This document shows, one piece after another, positions 27,825-36,928 of a stretch of 64,000 nt of DNA. Position 1 is the first letter of the stretch. Every line of letters starts with the position of its first letter. Location: contig CAWKNZ010000008.1 of the NCBI GenBank assembly GCA_963851265.1, forward strand, positions 224,001-288,000, written 5' to 3'. The notes beneath the pieces are model-generated. The model was not told the origin of the DNA. It saw nothing but the letters and a program-made list of their open reading frames with translations, and made no database searches. Position numbers and translations under genes: made by a program. Origin of the DNA: an uncultured Gemmatimonadales bacterium. GTDB taxonomy: Bacteria; Gemmatimonadota; Gemmatimonadetes; Gemmatimonadales; Gemmatimonadaceae.

Positions 27825-29843
27825 ATGGCTCCAGCTCGTCGCACCCGCCGCGCCCTCGCGGTGCTCGCCACGCTGGCCGCACCATCCGCCGCGCCGCGCC
27901 GCGCCGCCGCCCAGCAGGCGCCGCCGACCGCCCAACCGCCACTCGGCACCCGCGGCGGCCCGACGATCGAACAGGGCGGGCTCCGCTTCCGCGACCTCAA
28001 CCGGAACGGCACCCTCGAGCCGTACGAGGACTGGCGCCTCACGCCCGAAGCGCGCGCGCGCGACCTCGTCGCCCGCATGACCGTCGACGAGAAGGCCGGC
28101 GCGATGATGCACGGCACCGCGCGCACGGTCGGGGCGATGGGCACCGCCGGCGTGGGCGCACACTACGACACCGCGGCCGACCGCGTCCTGATCGACAGCG
28201 CCAAGGTCACCAGCATGATCACGCGCCTCGGCGGCGACCCGGCGACGCTCGCGGCCGAGAACGATGCGCTGCAGGAGATCGCCGAGCACACCCGGCTCGG
28301 CATTCCGATCACCGTCAGCACCGACCCGCGGCACCACTTCCAGTACGTGATCGGCGCGAGCGTCGCGCCCGGCCGGTTCTCGCAGTGGCCCGAACCGCTC
28401 GGCCTCGCGGCGATTGGCGACCCCGCGCTCGTGCGTCAGTTCGGCGACGTCGCGCGGCAGGAGTACCGCGCCGTGGGCATCCACCTCGCCCTCTCGCCCC
28501 AGGCCGACCTCGGGACCGAGCCGCGCTGGCCCCGGATCACCGGCACCTTCGGCGACGACGCGGCGCGCGCCGCCGCGCTCGTGCGCGCCTACGTCGAGGG
28601 GTTCCAGCACGGCGGCGCCGGAGTCGACCGCGAGGGCGTCGCCACCGTCGTCAAACACTGGGTGGGCTACGGCGCGGCCAAGAACGGCTTCGACAGTCAC
28701 AACTATTACGGACGGTTCGCGAATTTCTCCGCCGGCCCCGCCGGGGCGCGCCACCTCGCCGAGCACGTGCGGCCCTTCCTCGGCGCCTTCGCGGCCCACG
28801 TGGCGGGGGTGATGCCCACCTACTCCATCCTCGAAGGCGCCTCGTGGGCGGGCCGCCCCCTCGAACCGGTCGGGGCGGGGTTCAACCATCAGCTGCTCAC
28901 CGACGTGCTCCGGGGACAGTACGGCTACCGCGGCATCGTGCTCACCGACTGGGCGATCACGAACGACTGCACACCGCGCTGCCGCGAGGGCGCGCCGGCG
29001 GGTGTGCGCCCCTCGTTCGCGGACGTCGGCATGCCCTGGGGCGTCGAGGATCTGCCCATGCGCGAGCGCTTCGTGAAGGCCGTGCGCGCGGGCGTCGACC
29101 AGTTCGGCGGAACGGAGCGCGCCGACGTCCTCGCGGCGGCAGTGCGCGCCGGCGAACTCCCCGAGGCGCGGCTCGACACGTCGGTCGTGCGCGTCCTCAC
29201 GCAGAAGTTCGCGCTCGGCCTGTTCGAGAACCCGTACGTCGACCCAGCCGACGCCGCACGGCGCGTCGGCACCGACGCCTTCCGCGCCGCGGCCGACGCC
29301 GCGCAGCGCCGCGCGCTCGTGCTGCTCGAAAATCGGGGCGGCATCCTGCCGCTCCGCGGCACGCGCCGCGTCTACCTCCACGGCATCGCACCCGAGGCCG
29401 TCGCGCGCGAGGGGTGGACCGTCGTCACCGACCCGGCGCAGGCCGACGTCGCCCTCATGCGCCTCGCGGCCCCGTTCGAGACGCTACACCCCGGCTACGT
29501 CTTCGGCGCGATGCAGCACGAAGGCAGCCTCGCCTTCCGCGACGGCGACCCGGAGTACGAGACCTTCAAGCGCGTGAGCGCCGTCGTCCCGACGATCGTC
29601 ACCGTCTACCTCGACCGCCCCGCGATCCTCACGCCGCTCAAGGCGCGCGCCCGCGCCGTGGTCGCCAACTTCGGCGTGAGCGACGCGGCGCTCCTCGACG
29701 TGCTCACCGGGCGGGCACGGCCGGGCGGCACGCTGCCCTTCGAGCTACCCGCGTCGATGGCGGCCGTCGAGGCGCAGCACTCGGACGTGCCGCACGACAG
29801 TCCGCACCCGCTCTATCCCACGGGGTTCGGCCTGCATTACTGA
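27825..29843 (+). CDS. GH3 beta-glucosidase/xylosidase, secreted
   Basis: FRDLNRNGTLEPYEDWRL, STDPRH, VKHW, MPTYS, IVLTDW (nucleophile). Confidence 0.92.
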   Translation: MAPARRTRRALAVLATLAAPSAAPRRAAAQQAPPTAQPPLGTRGGPTIEQGGLRFRDLNRNGTLEPYEDWRLTPEARARDLVARMTVDEKAGAMMHGTARTVGAMGTAGVGAHYDTAADRVLIDSAKVTSMITRLGGDPATLAAENDALQEIAEHTRLGIPITVSTDPRHHFQYVIGASVAPGRFSQWPEPLGLAAIGDPALVRQFGDVARQEYRAVGIHLALSPQADLGTEPRWPRITGTFGDDAARAAALVRAYVEGFQHGGAGVDREGVATVVKHWVGYGAAKNGFDSHNYYGRFANFSAGPAGARHLAEHVRPFLGAFAAHVAGVMPTYSILEGASWAGRPLEPVGAGFNHQLLTDVLRGQYGYRGIVLTDWAITNDCTPRCREGAPAGVRPSFADVGMPWGVEDLPMRERFVKAVRAGVDQFGGTERADVLAAAVRAGELPEARLDTSVVRVLTQKFALGLFENPYVDPADAARRVGTDAFRAAADAAQRRALVLLENRGGILPLRGTRRVYLHGIAPEAVAREGWTVVTDPAQADVALMRLAAPFETLHPGYVFGAMQHEGSLAFRDGDPEYETFKRVSAVVPTIVTVYLDRPAILTPLKARARAVVANFGVSDAALLDVLTGRARPGGTLPFELPASMAAVEAQHSDVPHDSPHPLYPTGFGLHY

Positions 29844-29886
29844 CACGCACCGCGGCGGCACGGGGCGCGCCCGACTCGAGCACTCT

Positions 29887-30321
29887 CTAGTCGAGCACCT
29901 TCACCCACGCCTCCCCGTCCACCACCGTCTCGCCGCGCTGGTTGGTGCACACGGTCGAGAGCCGCACGCGGCGCTTCGCCTCGTGCAGCTCCAGCACCTC
30001 CAGCCGCACCGTGACCACGTCGCCGGGGCGCACCGGCAGCTTGAAGGCGAGCGTCTGCGACTTGTACGCGCTCCCCGGCCCGGGCAGCACGTTCGCGATC
30101 GCCGCGGAGATGAGGCCCGCGCTCAGCATGCCGTGCGCGACGCGCCCGCCGAAACGCGTGCGTGCCGCGTGCACCTCGTCGAAGTGCAGCGGGTTGAAGT
30201 CGCCGGTGGCCGCGGCGAAGTGCGCGATGTCGGCGTCGGTGATCGTGCGCGTGACCTCGGCCGTCCGGCCCACTTCGGGCAGGGGTGCCACCGGCTCCGG
30301 CGTCACGGGATCAGCCGCCAA
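29887..30321 (-). CDS. MaoC/PhaJ-family (R)-specific enoyl-CoA hydratase
   Basis: FAAATGDFNPLHFD, AHGMLSAGLIS, PGPGS. Confidence 0.92.
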   Translation of the reverse strand: MAADPVTPEPVAPLPEVGRTAEVTRTITDADIAHFAAATGDFNPLHFDEVHAARTRFGGRVAHGMLSAGLISAAIANVLPGPGSAYKSQTLAFKLPVRPGDVVTVRLEVLELHEAKRRVRLSTVCTNQRGETVVDGEAWVKVLD

Positions 30322-30381
30322 TCGCGCACCACGCCCCGGGGCGACACCCAGCGGCGGCCCGCCCGCAACCTGCGCGCCGCG

Positions 30382-31530
30382 CTACGTCGGCCCAATCGGC
30401 CCGAGCTGCAGGTACGGCCCCACGCGACACGACCACCGCCCGGCGGCGTCGCATTCGACGACGAGCGGCGTCCCCGCGGGCGCATAGATCGGCGTCCCGG
30501 CGAAGCTCCCGATGAGCGCCGGTGCGGCCCCACTCGCCCCCACGACGGGCCCCGAGATCGGTGCAGCCCCCGGCGCGTCCGGCGCTGCTGCGGCCTGAGC
30601 CCGCACCGCGCCTCGGGGTGCCGCCGATCCCGCGGCGCCGGCCCCCGGCACCGGCGCCGGTGAGAGCCCCGTCGTCGCGCCCGATTGCACCGCTGGCGCG
30701 TCGTCCGGGGCGCCGAAGGCCGCAGCGCGGAGCACGAACCGGCCCGTGTGGCCGGCGCGCGTGTCGACGTCCAGCAGGCGCGCCCGCACGAGCGCGGCGA
30801 CCGCGTCGCTCACCGTGCTGCGCCCGAACCCGGTCAACCCCTCGAGGTCGCGCACCGACAGTCGTACCGGTGCCCCTGGGCCATCCGCCGTCCGCGTGCC
30901 GTCGCCCGCCGCGTCGGCCTGCTCCGCCAGGGCGCGGAGCACGGCGCAGGGCGCGGCGATCGCGGCCCCGACTGCGCCGAGGCGCTCGCGCACGGCGGCC
31001 CATCCAATCGACGCCACGGCGGGCGCTGGGACGATGGCGTCGGGCGCGAGGGCGAGCGGTCCGCGCGCGCCGTTGGGCTGCGCGACGACGCCGGCGCCGT
31101 ACAACACGTCCAGCGCGCGCTCCACGTCCCGCAGCCCCGCACCGGCGAGATCGCCCAGCCGCCGGAGATCGTACGGGACCGGCCGCATCAGCGCGAATCG
31201 CGACGCATCCTCGGCCCGACCGCCTTCGAGCCGCGCCTGCAGAGACACCGCGTCCGGACTGTCCGGCATGCCCGCTGCCAGCTCGGCGATCGCGCAGGCG
31301 ACGCCCACCGCGGTGCGAATCGTTTCCGCGCTGGGGCGCTCCGGACCGGGGCGTACGCGCCCGGCCCGCGACGTGGCAGCCCACGCGCCGATTGCCTCGC
31401 GCACCGCGTCCGGCGACACCCACCAGGTCAGGCCGTCGTGCGCGGCCTCCGGAACGGCGCGCACCGACACCGCCGACGCTCCGGTGCGATTGCCCGCTCC
31501 GACTGCACGCCGCCGCGGCGCGATGCTCAT
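30382..31530 (-). CDS. Winged-helix DNA-binding protein next to the putative origin; start uncertain
   Basis: HTH LSVRDLEGLTGFGRSTVSDAVAALVRARLL. Confidence 0.6.
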   Translation of the reverse strand: MSIAPRRRAVGAGNRTGASAVSVRAVPEAAHDGLTWWVSPDAVREAIGAWAATSRAGRVRPGPERPSAETIRTAVGVACAIAELAAGMPDSPDAVSLQARLEGGRAEDASRFALMRPVPYDLRRLGDLAGAGLRDVERALDVLYGAGVVAQPNGARGPLALAPDAIVPAPAVASIGWAAVRERLGAVGAAIAAPCAVLRALAEQADAAGDGTRTADGPGAPVRLSVRDLEGLTGFGRSTVSDAVAALVRARLLDVDTRAGHTGRFVLRAAAFGAPDDAPAVQSGATTGLSPAPVPGAGAAGSAAPRGAVRAQAAAAPDAPGAAPISGPVVGASGAAPALIGSFAGTPIYAPAGTPLVVECDAAGRWSCRVGPYLQLGPIGPT

Positions 31531-31570
31531 CCCGCGCCCTGCCCGACGGCCAGGTCGAGCCCCGGCGACC

Positions 31571-32022
31571 GTCCATGTCCCGCCACACCATCGGCCACCC
31601 AAGCAGCCGCGTCCGATCTGTCTATCCCCCGCCACACCGCACGTCGTCGGACACCAGCCGCGAACGCGCTGGACTGTCCGGCGGTACCCAGGGGTGAGGA
31701 AGGGGGCATAGGTGCGGTAGACACTACGGGTGCGTTCGCGATCCGTCCAGGGGTGTCCGGTGGACGGACACCGGTCACCTCGTCGGCCGTGCGGCGGACA
31801 CCGGACAGACGCACGCCAGCGCCGGGCCGCAAACGTCTACGCTGCGCCACACGACCCGCACTCCGTTCCTGCGGTACGACCGCGCCGTCCGCGCACGACG
31901 CCCGTCGGTTCGGTCGGCGGGGTGGTTCCCGGCTCTCTGGACAGTGTGGAGCACCATAGACAATCCCACACCAGGCGAACGATGCGGCGACGAGGTGGCC
32001 GCGTCCGTGGAGCGGCATAGAC
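31571..32022. repeat. Five degenerate 18-bp repeats, consensus GTGTGGMGNNNNRTRGAC (candidate iterons)
   Basis: Minus strand 31571-31588, 31620-31637, 31835-31852; plus strand 31944-31961, 32005-32022. Confidence 0.65.
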
Positions 32023-32175
32023 GATCCCGGCGGCGGGGGACGGTCGGTGATTCACCGACCATGTGTTCCTCAAGGCGTTGTACCAGAACACCTTACGTTT
32101 TCGGCGTCGCGGTGCGCGCACTCCCGTCGCGGGTCGTTGGTCAGTTGGTTGTTTCTCGATAGAGAAAACCACAAC
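31571..32175. other. Putative replication origin: iteron-like repeats, palindromes and an AT-richer tract
   Basis: Non-coding gap downstream of rep; five 18-bp repeats, four CGGACACC copies, palindrome 32042-32060, AT-richer tract 32061-32175. Confidence 0.65.
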
Positions 32176-32199
32176 ACGACCACACCGCGCGCCGCCGGG

Positions 32200-34164
32200 C
32201 TACGCCGCGTCGCTGCCTGGCGCGAACAGGTCGGGCTGCGCCGCTTCGCCTTCGCGCAACCGTGCGCCGTGCGTGACACTCGCGTCCGCCCGGATCACGA
32301 GCCCGACGGGCCGGCCCGCGACGGCCGACAGCAGCGAGGTGAGCGGATCGCGGTACTTCTGCGCGATCCAGTCGGCCGCAAACGCGTCCTCTGCCAACAC
32401 GGTCACCTGCTCGTCCGTCACGCTTCCCAGCGTGGTCCGCGCGAGCCAGGCGTCGTACGCACGGCCGTGTGCCGGGTCGGCGGCGACGAACTGTTCGAGC
32501 GTGCGCCCCCACAGGTCGTCGGCGAATCGCCATTCGCGCACCTGCGGCGCATGCGCGCCGTCACCGGACGCGGCGGCGTCACTCGCATCTGCGCCCGCCA
32601 CATCCGCACCCGTGACCGCTCGGCCGGGCGGCCCTGGATCGGCGGTGCGCGGCGCGCCGTCCCGCACCGGGGCACGATCCGGCGCCGGCGTCGAGAGCAG
32701 GCGTCCGCGCCCGCTCGCGGCTGCATCGCGTCCGCCGAGCGCGACCGGCGACGGTGGCGGGTTGGGCGCCTCCCACTCGCCCCGCTGCCCGGCCGCGAGC
32801 TGACGGTCGAGCCAGCGCTGCCACTCCGGATCGCTGAACGCGTACTCACCTTCCACGGCGGCGCGCGTCCACGCCCCCCAGTCCTCGACGGGCCGCCCGT
32901 GCGACAGCCCGCCCATGTGGGCCTGGAGGTAGTACACCCGCCGGAGCACGGTCCGGACCTGGTCGGGCCGTGCGCGGACGAGCTCGCGCGCCTGTCCGGC
33001 TGCGATGCCGAGCGCGCGCAGGTGCCACAGCAGCATGCGGTCGCTGAGGCTGTCCGTGCCGCCGGTGCCGCGCTGGTACCCGGCCGCCAGCAACCGCTCC
33101 CCCGCGACGAGCCGCACCTCGTACGTGCCGCGTCCGACGCGCGCGATGGTGCCCTCGCCGAGCACCCCGTGTTCGACGAGCGATCGCACCGCGGCCTCCA
33201 CTCCCGTCCGGGTCTGCGTCTTGGGCCGCAGCGCGGGCGGCACGTCGAGCAGGTTGTAGAGCTCCGGGAGGTCCAACACCCAGGGGTCGAGCACGCGCCA
33301 GCCGCGCGCCGCACGCACCGTGAAGATCTGCAACAGCCGCTTGGCGTAGGCCGAGCGCAGCGTGTTGTGCAGGGGTACGTCCATCCACGCCGCGATGCCG
33401 GCGGCCGCCTGGTCGAGCCAGATCGGGTTGATGCGCAGCCGCTCGATGGAGTTGTACGACTTCTGGCTCCGGTACTCGGCTTCGACGTCGTACTCGAGCA
33501 CCCAGTGCTTCCCCTCGCGCTCGCGCACCGGCGCCGCGCCGTCGGGCACGAGCGGGTGACGCGTTCCGGCGCGGACGAGCGCCGACCGGCTGCTGTAGTC
33601 GACGTCGAGTCGCGTGTAGAGGATGAGTCCTCCGAACCGTGCGAAGGCCCGCTTCACGGCCTCGATCTGGTCGCCCCCGATCGTGCCCTCGTTGCGCCCC
33701 GCGGCCCGCAGCACCGCGCGATACCCGGGGTCGCGGAAGTAGCCCTGTGCGTCGACGCCGCCCTCGTCCGCGATGCGGCAGAGGGCCAGGAAGTAGTCAT
33801 AATCGAACGTCGTGGGCAGGCCGCGCACCTGATCGCCGTGCACCTCGACGCGCACTTGCAGCCCGCCCGGGTAGCGCACCGTGCGGCGGCGGATGCGGTC
33901 GGCCTCGTTCGCCACGATCCCGCTTTCGGTCCGCTCGTAGTCGCTCTTGACCGACCCGGGCACGAGTTCCAGCAGATACAGCGGCAGCGGCACCGTCCCG
34001 ACGAGCAGGCGCTCGGGAACGAACAGCGCGAGCGGGTCCTCGATGCGCACGCCGGCCGGCGACGCGCGCGTGACCTCGATCGACGCAACGTCCCCTCCGC
34101 TGGTCGGTGGTGACGTCGACGACAGGGCCGCAGGTGCCGCCGTGCGCCCGCGCGTGCCGCTCAC
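32200..34164 (-). CDS. Putative replication initiator (RepA/RPA-like) with a C-terminal DnaA N-terminal-like domain
   Basis: GTGA coupling to the parB stop; GLPTTFDYDYFLAL and LRSAYAKRL segments typical of plasmid initiators; C-terminal LWGRTLEQ...YDAWL...FAADWIAQKYRDPL. Confidence 0.7.
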   Translation of the reverse strand: MSGTRGRTAAPAALSSTSPPTSGGDVASIEVTRASPAGVRIEDPLALFVPERLLVGTVPLPLYLLELVPGSVKSDYERTESGIVANEADRIRRRTVRYPGGLQVRVEVHGDQVRGLPTTFDYDYFLALCRIADEGGVDAQGYFRDPGYRAVLRAAGRNEGTIGGDQIEAVKRAFARFGGLILYTRLDVDYSSRSALVRAGTRHPLVPDGAAPVREREGKHWVLEYDVEAEYRSQKSYNSIERLRINPIWLDQAAAGIAAWMDVPLHNTLRSAYAKRLLQIFTVRAARGWRVLDPWVLDLPELYNLLDVPPALRPKTQTRTGVEAAVRSLVEHGVLGEGTIARVGRGTYEVRLVAGERLLAAGYQRGTGGTDSLSDRMLLWHLRALGIAAGQARELVRARPDQVRTVLRRVYYLQAHMGGLSHGRPVEDWGAWTRAAVEGEYAFSDPEWQRWLDRQLAAGQRGEWEAPNPPPSPVALGGRDAAASGRGRLLSTPAPDRAPVRDGAPRTADPGPPGRAVTGADVAGADASDAAASGDGAHAPQVREWRFADDLWGRTLEQFVAADPAHGRAYDAWLARTTLGSVTDEQVTVLAEDAFAADWIAQKYRDPLTSLLSAVAGRPVGLVIRADASVTHGARLREGEAAQPDLFAPGSDAA

Positions 34165-35591
34165 GACCGCCGGTCGCCCACGACCCCGCCGCCCGCGCCG
34201 GTACTCGCCGCGCCGGCACCCGCCGCCGTGCCCCCGGCTGCTGTGCCCGGGGCCGCGATGCCGCTGGCCGCGATGCGCGCGTCCACGCGGGCCGCGTCCT
34301 GCGCCGCGCTCGCGACGAGGCGCGCGATGTCGGGCGGAACCACGCCGCCCTGGGTCGCTGCCTGCCCCTGCAGCACCGCGGCCCGGTGCAGCAAGAGTTG
34401 GTACTCCTCGAGGAACCGCGCCCGAAACTCTTCGGCGATGCGGTCCGCGTCGCGCCGGAGGTCGTCGTCCGTCCACCGCACGCGGAACGCGCGTCCGTTC
34501 CGGATCACGCGGGCCGAGAACACGCTCTCGTCCACGAGGCGCGGCCGGACCGGCCGGGTCGCCTCCGCATCGCGCTGCGCAGCAGTAGACGCGTCGGTTG
34601 GCACAGTGGGCGGCGCGCCGGGCGGCACGCTGGGCGACGCGGAGCGATCGTCGGCAGCGGCGTCGTTCGGCGGCACGTCCCGCGACCCCGCCGCCGTGCC
34701 GCTCGCAGACGCGGCCGACGGCGTCGGCTCGCCCGGGTCGAGCAATGCGAGCAGCGCGTCCTGCCGTGCGTCCACGGACTTGATCACCGCGAGGTTCTGG
34801 AACGCACGCACCGTCACGCGCGGCGCGGCGTACAGGGGCGTGCGGTCGACGGCGCGCAGTCGTGCGATCGCCTCGCCCACGCGCACCATCTCGCTCACGT
34901 ACCCCTTGTTCTTGTCGAAGACTTCGGCGATGCGCTTCTGCGACCAGTCGGGCTGCTGGGCCAGGAGGTAGAAGCCGAGCGCAGTGTCGACCGGGTGCGG
35001 GTCGGAGCGGATCTCGTTCTCGAGCATCTGCAGCTCGACCGCCTTCTCCTCGCTGATCACGCCGTAGTCGCGGACCGGCACCTTGTCGAGCCCGATCTGC
35101 AGCGCAGCCTTCCAGCGCCGCATGCCGTACACGAGCACGCGCCGCGGATCCGTGGGTGGTCCCGCGACGCGGCGGATACCGAGGTGCTGGCCGATGTCGC
35201 GCTCGATGGCGACGGCGGCGCACAGTCGTTGGAAGTCGGCGTCCTCGACGAACTGCCGCACGTACGGTCCTTCGAGTACGACTCGCCGGGGGTCCATCCG
35301 GTACACGTCCTCCACGCGCTCGAACGCGAGCCCGGAGCCGACGGGGTGACGGGGCGCGCTCCGGGCGTCGCCGGCCGGCGCGTCGCGCGACGGAGCAGGG
35401 CCTGCCGCCCTGGCCGTCGTCATGCCCGGTTCGTGTCGGGTGCCGCCGAGCGAGACGCCATCCATCAGACCGCCGATTCCCGCGCGGGGGCCGCCACGCG
35501 CGACCGGGCGCGACGCGTCCGCGCGAGCGCCGTCGCCGCGTGGCGCTCCGCGATGGGGCGGATCCTTCGTTTGACCGTGCTGCCCCTTCAT
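34161..35591 (-). CDS. parB: ParB/RepB/Spo0J-family partition protein
   Basis: GMRRWKA (GxRR CTP motif), LENEIRSD, HTH SQKRIAEVFDKNKGYVS; ATGA coupling to parA. Confidence 0.88.
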   Translation of the reverse strand: MKGQHGQTKDPPHRGAPRGDGARADASRPVARGGPRAGIGGLMDGVSLGGTRHEPGMTTARAAGPAPSRDAPAGDARSAPRHPVGSGLAFERVEDVYRMDPRRVVLEGPYVRQFVEDADFQRLCAAVAIERDIGQHLGIRRVAGPPTDPRRVLVYGMRRWKAALQIGLDKVPVRDYGVISEEKAVELQMLENEIRSDPHPVDTALGFYLLAQQPDWSQKRIAEVFDKNKGYVSEMVRVGEAIARLRAVDRTPLYAAPRVTVRAFQNLAVIKSVDARQDALLALLDPGEPTPSAASASGTAAGSRDVPPNDAAADDRSASPSVPPGAPPTVPTDASTAAQRDAEATRPVRPRLVDESVFSARVIRNGRAFRVRWTDDDLRRDADRIAEEFRARFLEEYQLLLHRAAVLQGQAATQGGVVPPDIARLVASAAQDAARVDARIAASGIAAPGTAAGGTAAGAGAASTGAGGGVVGDRRS

Positions 35592-36526
35592 CCCTGAGTG
35601 CCTCCGTGTATACCCGTCCGGTGCGCGCCGGTCGCGTGCGTGTCCTCGTCGTCCGCCGCGGCGCTGTCCCTATCCCCTGAGCGCGCGCCGTCGTCGCTGT
35701 CGTCGGTTTCGACCGTGCTCGTCGGCGTGCGCCCACTCGGCGCGATTCCCGTCCGCGCGACGAGCGCGGCCGCGATCTCGCGGAACCACCCGCGCGCCTC
35801 GGCCGCGCCGCGTCCGCCGTAGAACTCGAGCGGCGTCTTGAGACGTTGCGCTTCGGCGATCACGATCCGCTCGAGGATCGGCGGTTCGAGCACCGCGTCG
35901 CCGAACTGCCGTCGGTACTCGTCGACCCACGCCGCGTGCTCGCCGGTGGTCGGGCGCACGCCGTTGATGATCAGGCCGTCGATGACCACGTCGGGGTTGA
36001 TCTTGTCCTGGACTGCCTCGACCGTGCGCATGAGGTCGCGGATCCCGTCGGCGGCGTACTCGTGCGGCTGCACGACGAGCACGACGCCGTCGCTCGCCGA
36101 GATGGCGACCTGGAGCCAGAGCCCGAGGGATGGGGGCGTGTCGATCACGACCACGTCGATCCCGTCGGGGATGCGTTCGCGCAGAATTCGGCGTCCCTCG
36201 CGCACGAGGGCGTCCCACTGGTCCTCGGACAGCTTCTTCTCCCAGTACGCCAGCTCGGGCGAGCCCGGCACCAGGAACAGCCGCGGGTGCTGGGGCGCAC
36301 GGAGCATCACGCGCTCGATCGGTTCCCCCGCGTACAGGACGGACCACACGTCCCCGTGCCCCGCGTAGTGGCGGCCGAGCAGTGTCGTCGTCGCGTTCGT
36401 CTGCCCGTCGAAGTCGAGGAGCAGCGTGTTCAATCCGCGCCCTGCGAGCGCACCCGCGAGATTGATCGCGCAGGTCGTCTTACCGACGCCCCCTTTCTGG
36501 AGCGCGAGGGAGATGATCCGGCTCAT
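35588..36526 (-). CDS. parA: ParA/Soj-family ATPase
   Basis: QKGGVGKTT deviant Walker A, DFDGQTNAT, IDTPPSLG. Confidence 0.95.
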   Translation of the reverse strand: MSRIISLALQKGGVGKTTCAINLAGALAGRGLNTLLLDFDGQTNATTTLLGRHYAGHGDVWSVLYAGEPIERVMLRAPQHPRLFLVPGSPELAYWEKKLSEDQWDALVREGRRILRERIPDGIDVVVIDTPPSLGLWLQVAISASDGVVLVVQPHEYAADGIRDLMRTVEAVQDKINPDVVIDGLIINGVRPTTGEHAAWVDEYRRQFGDAVLEPPILERIVIAEAQRLKTPLEFYGGRGAAEARGWFREIAAALVARTGIAPSGRTPTSTVETDDSDDGARSGDRDSAAADDEDTHATGAHRTGIHGGTQG

Positions 36527-36547
36527 CGGCGGCGGACAGGGCGGGCG

Positions 36548-36693
36548 GTTCTGCGGCAGAACTCGGGACGTCGGCGGATCACCAACTTCCCCGTTGAGAG
36601 CTGCGGACAATACCTGTCGCGGCGCGCGCGCGCCACAGCGCCGCGGGCGCGGCCGGCAGTGTCCGCGCGTCGCGCGGAGTTCTGCGGCAGAAC
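36548..36693. promoter_or_regulatory. Two identical 15-bp palindromes GTTCTGC-G-GCAGAAC upstream of parA (candidate parS or operator)
   Basis: Copies at 36548-36562 and 36679-36693. Confidence 0.6.
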
Positions 36694-36928
36694 GTGTCTC
36701 GACGCGTTGCCCACCGGAACCGCGGCACCGCGGCGCCACCACGCTTCGACATGCGGCGCGATGAACAGGTCGGGACGATGGCAGCGATGACGGCAATCGA
36801 TGACGGCCGCGTCGTGGTTACAGCGTACCCGGTCCGAACGTCTTTCGGGTCGCGGCCGCACCAGCCGCCTCCCGCCTGCGCACACCACGCCCGCCGCACG
36901 CCCCACCCCGCGTCCGCCGCATACCCAC

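Noticed and set aside
31571..32022. Spaced repeats as a CRISPR array
   Set aside because: The repeats are short, degenerate, mixed in orientation and irregularly spaced, and no cas genes are present.
34165..35736. N-terminal extension of the 1178-aa ORF 32200..35736
   Set aside because: Off-frame shadow of parB; the GTG at 34164 coupled to the parB stop is the better start.
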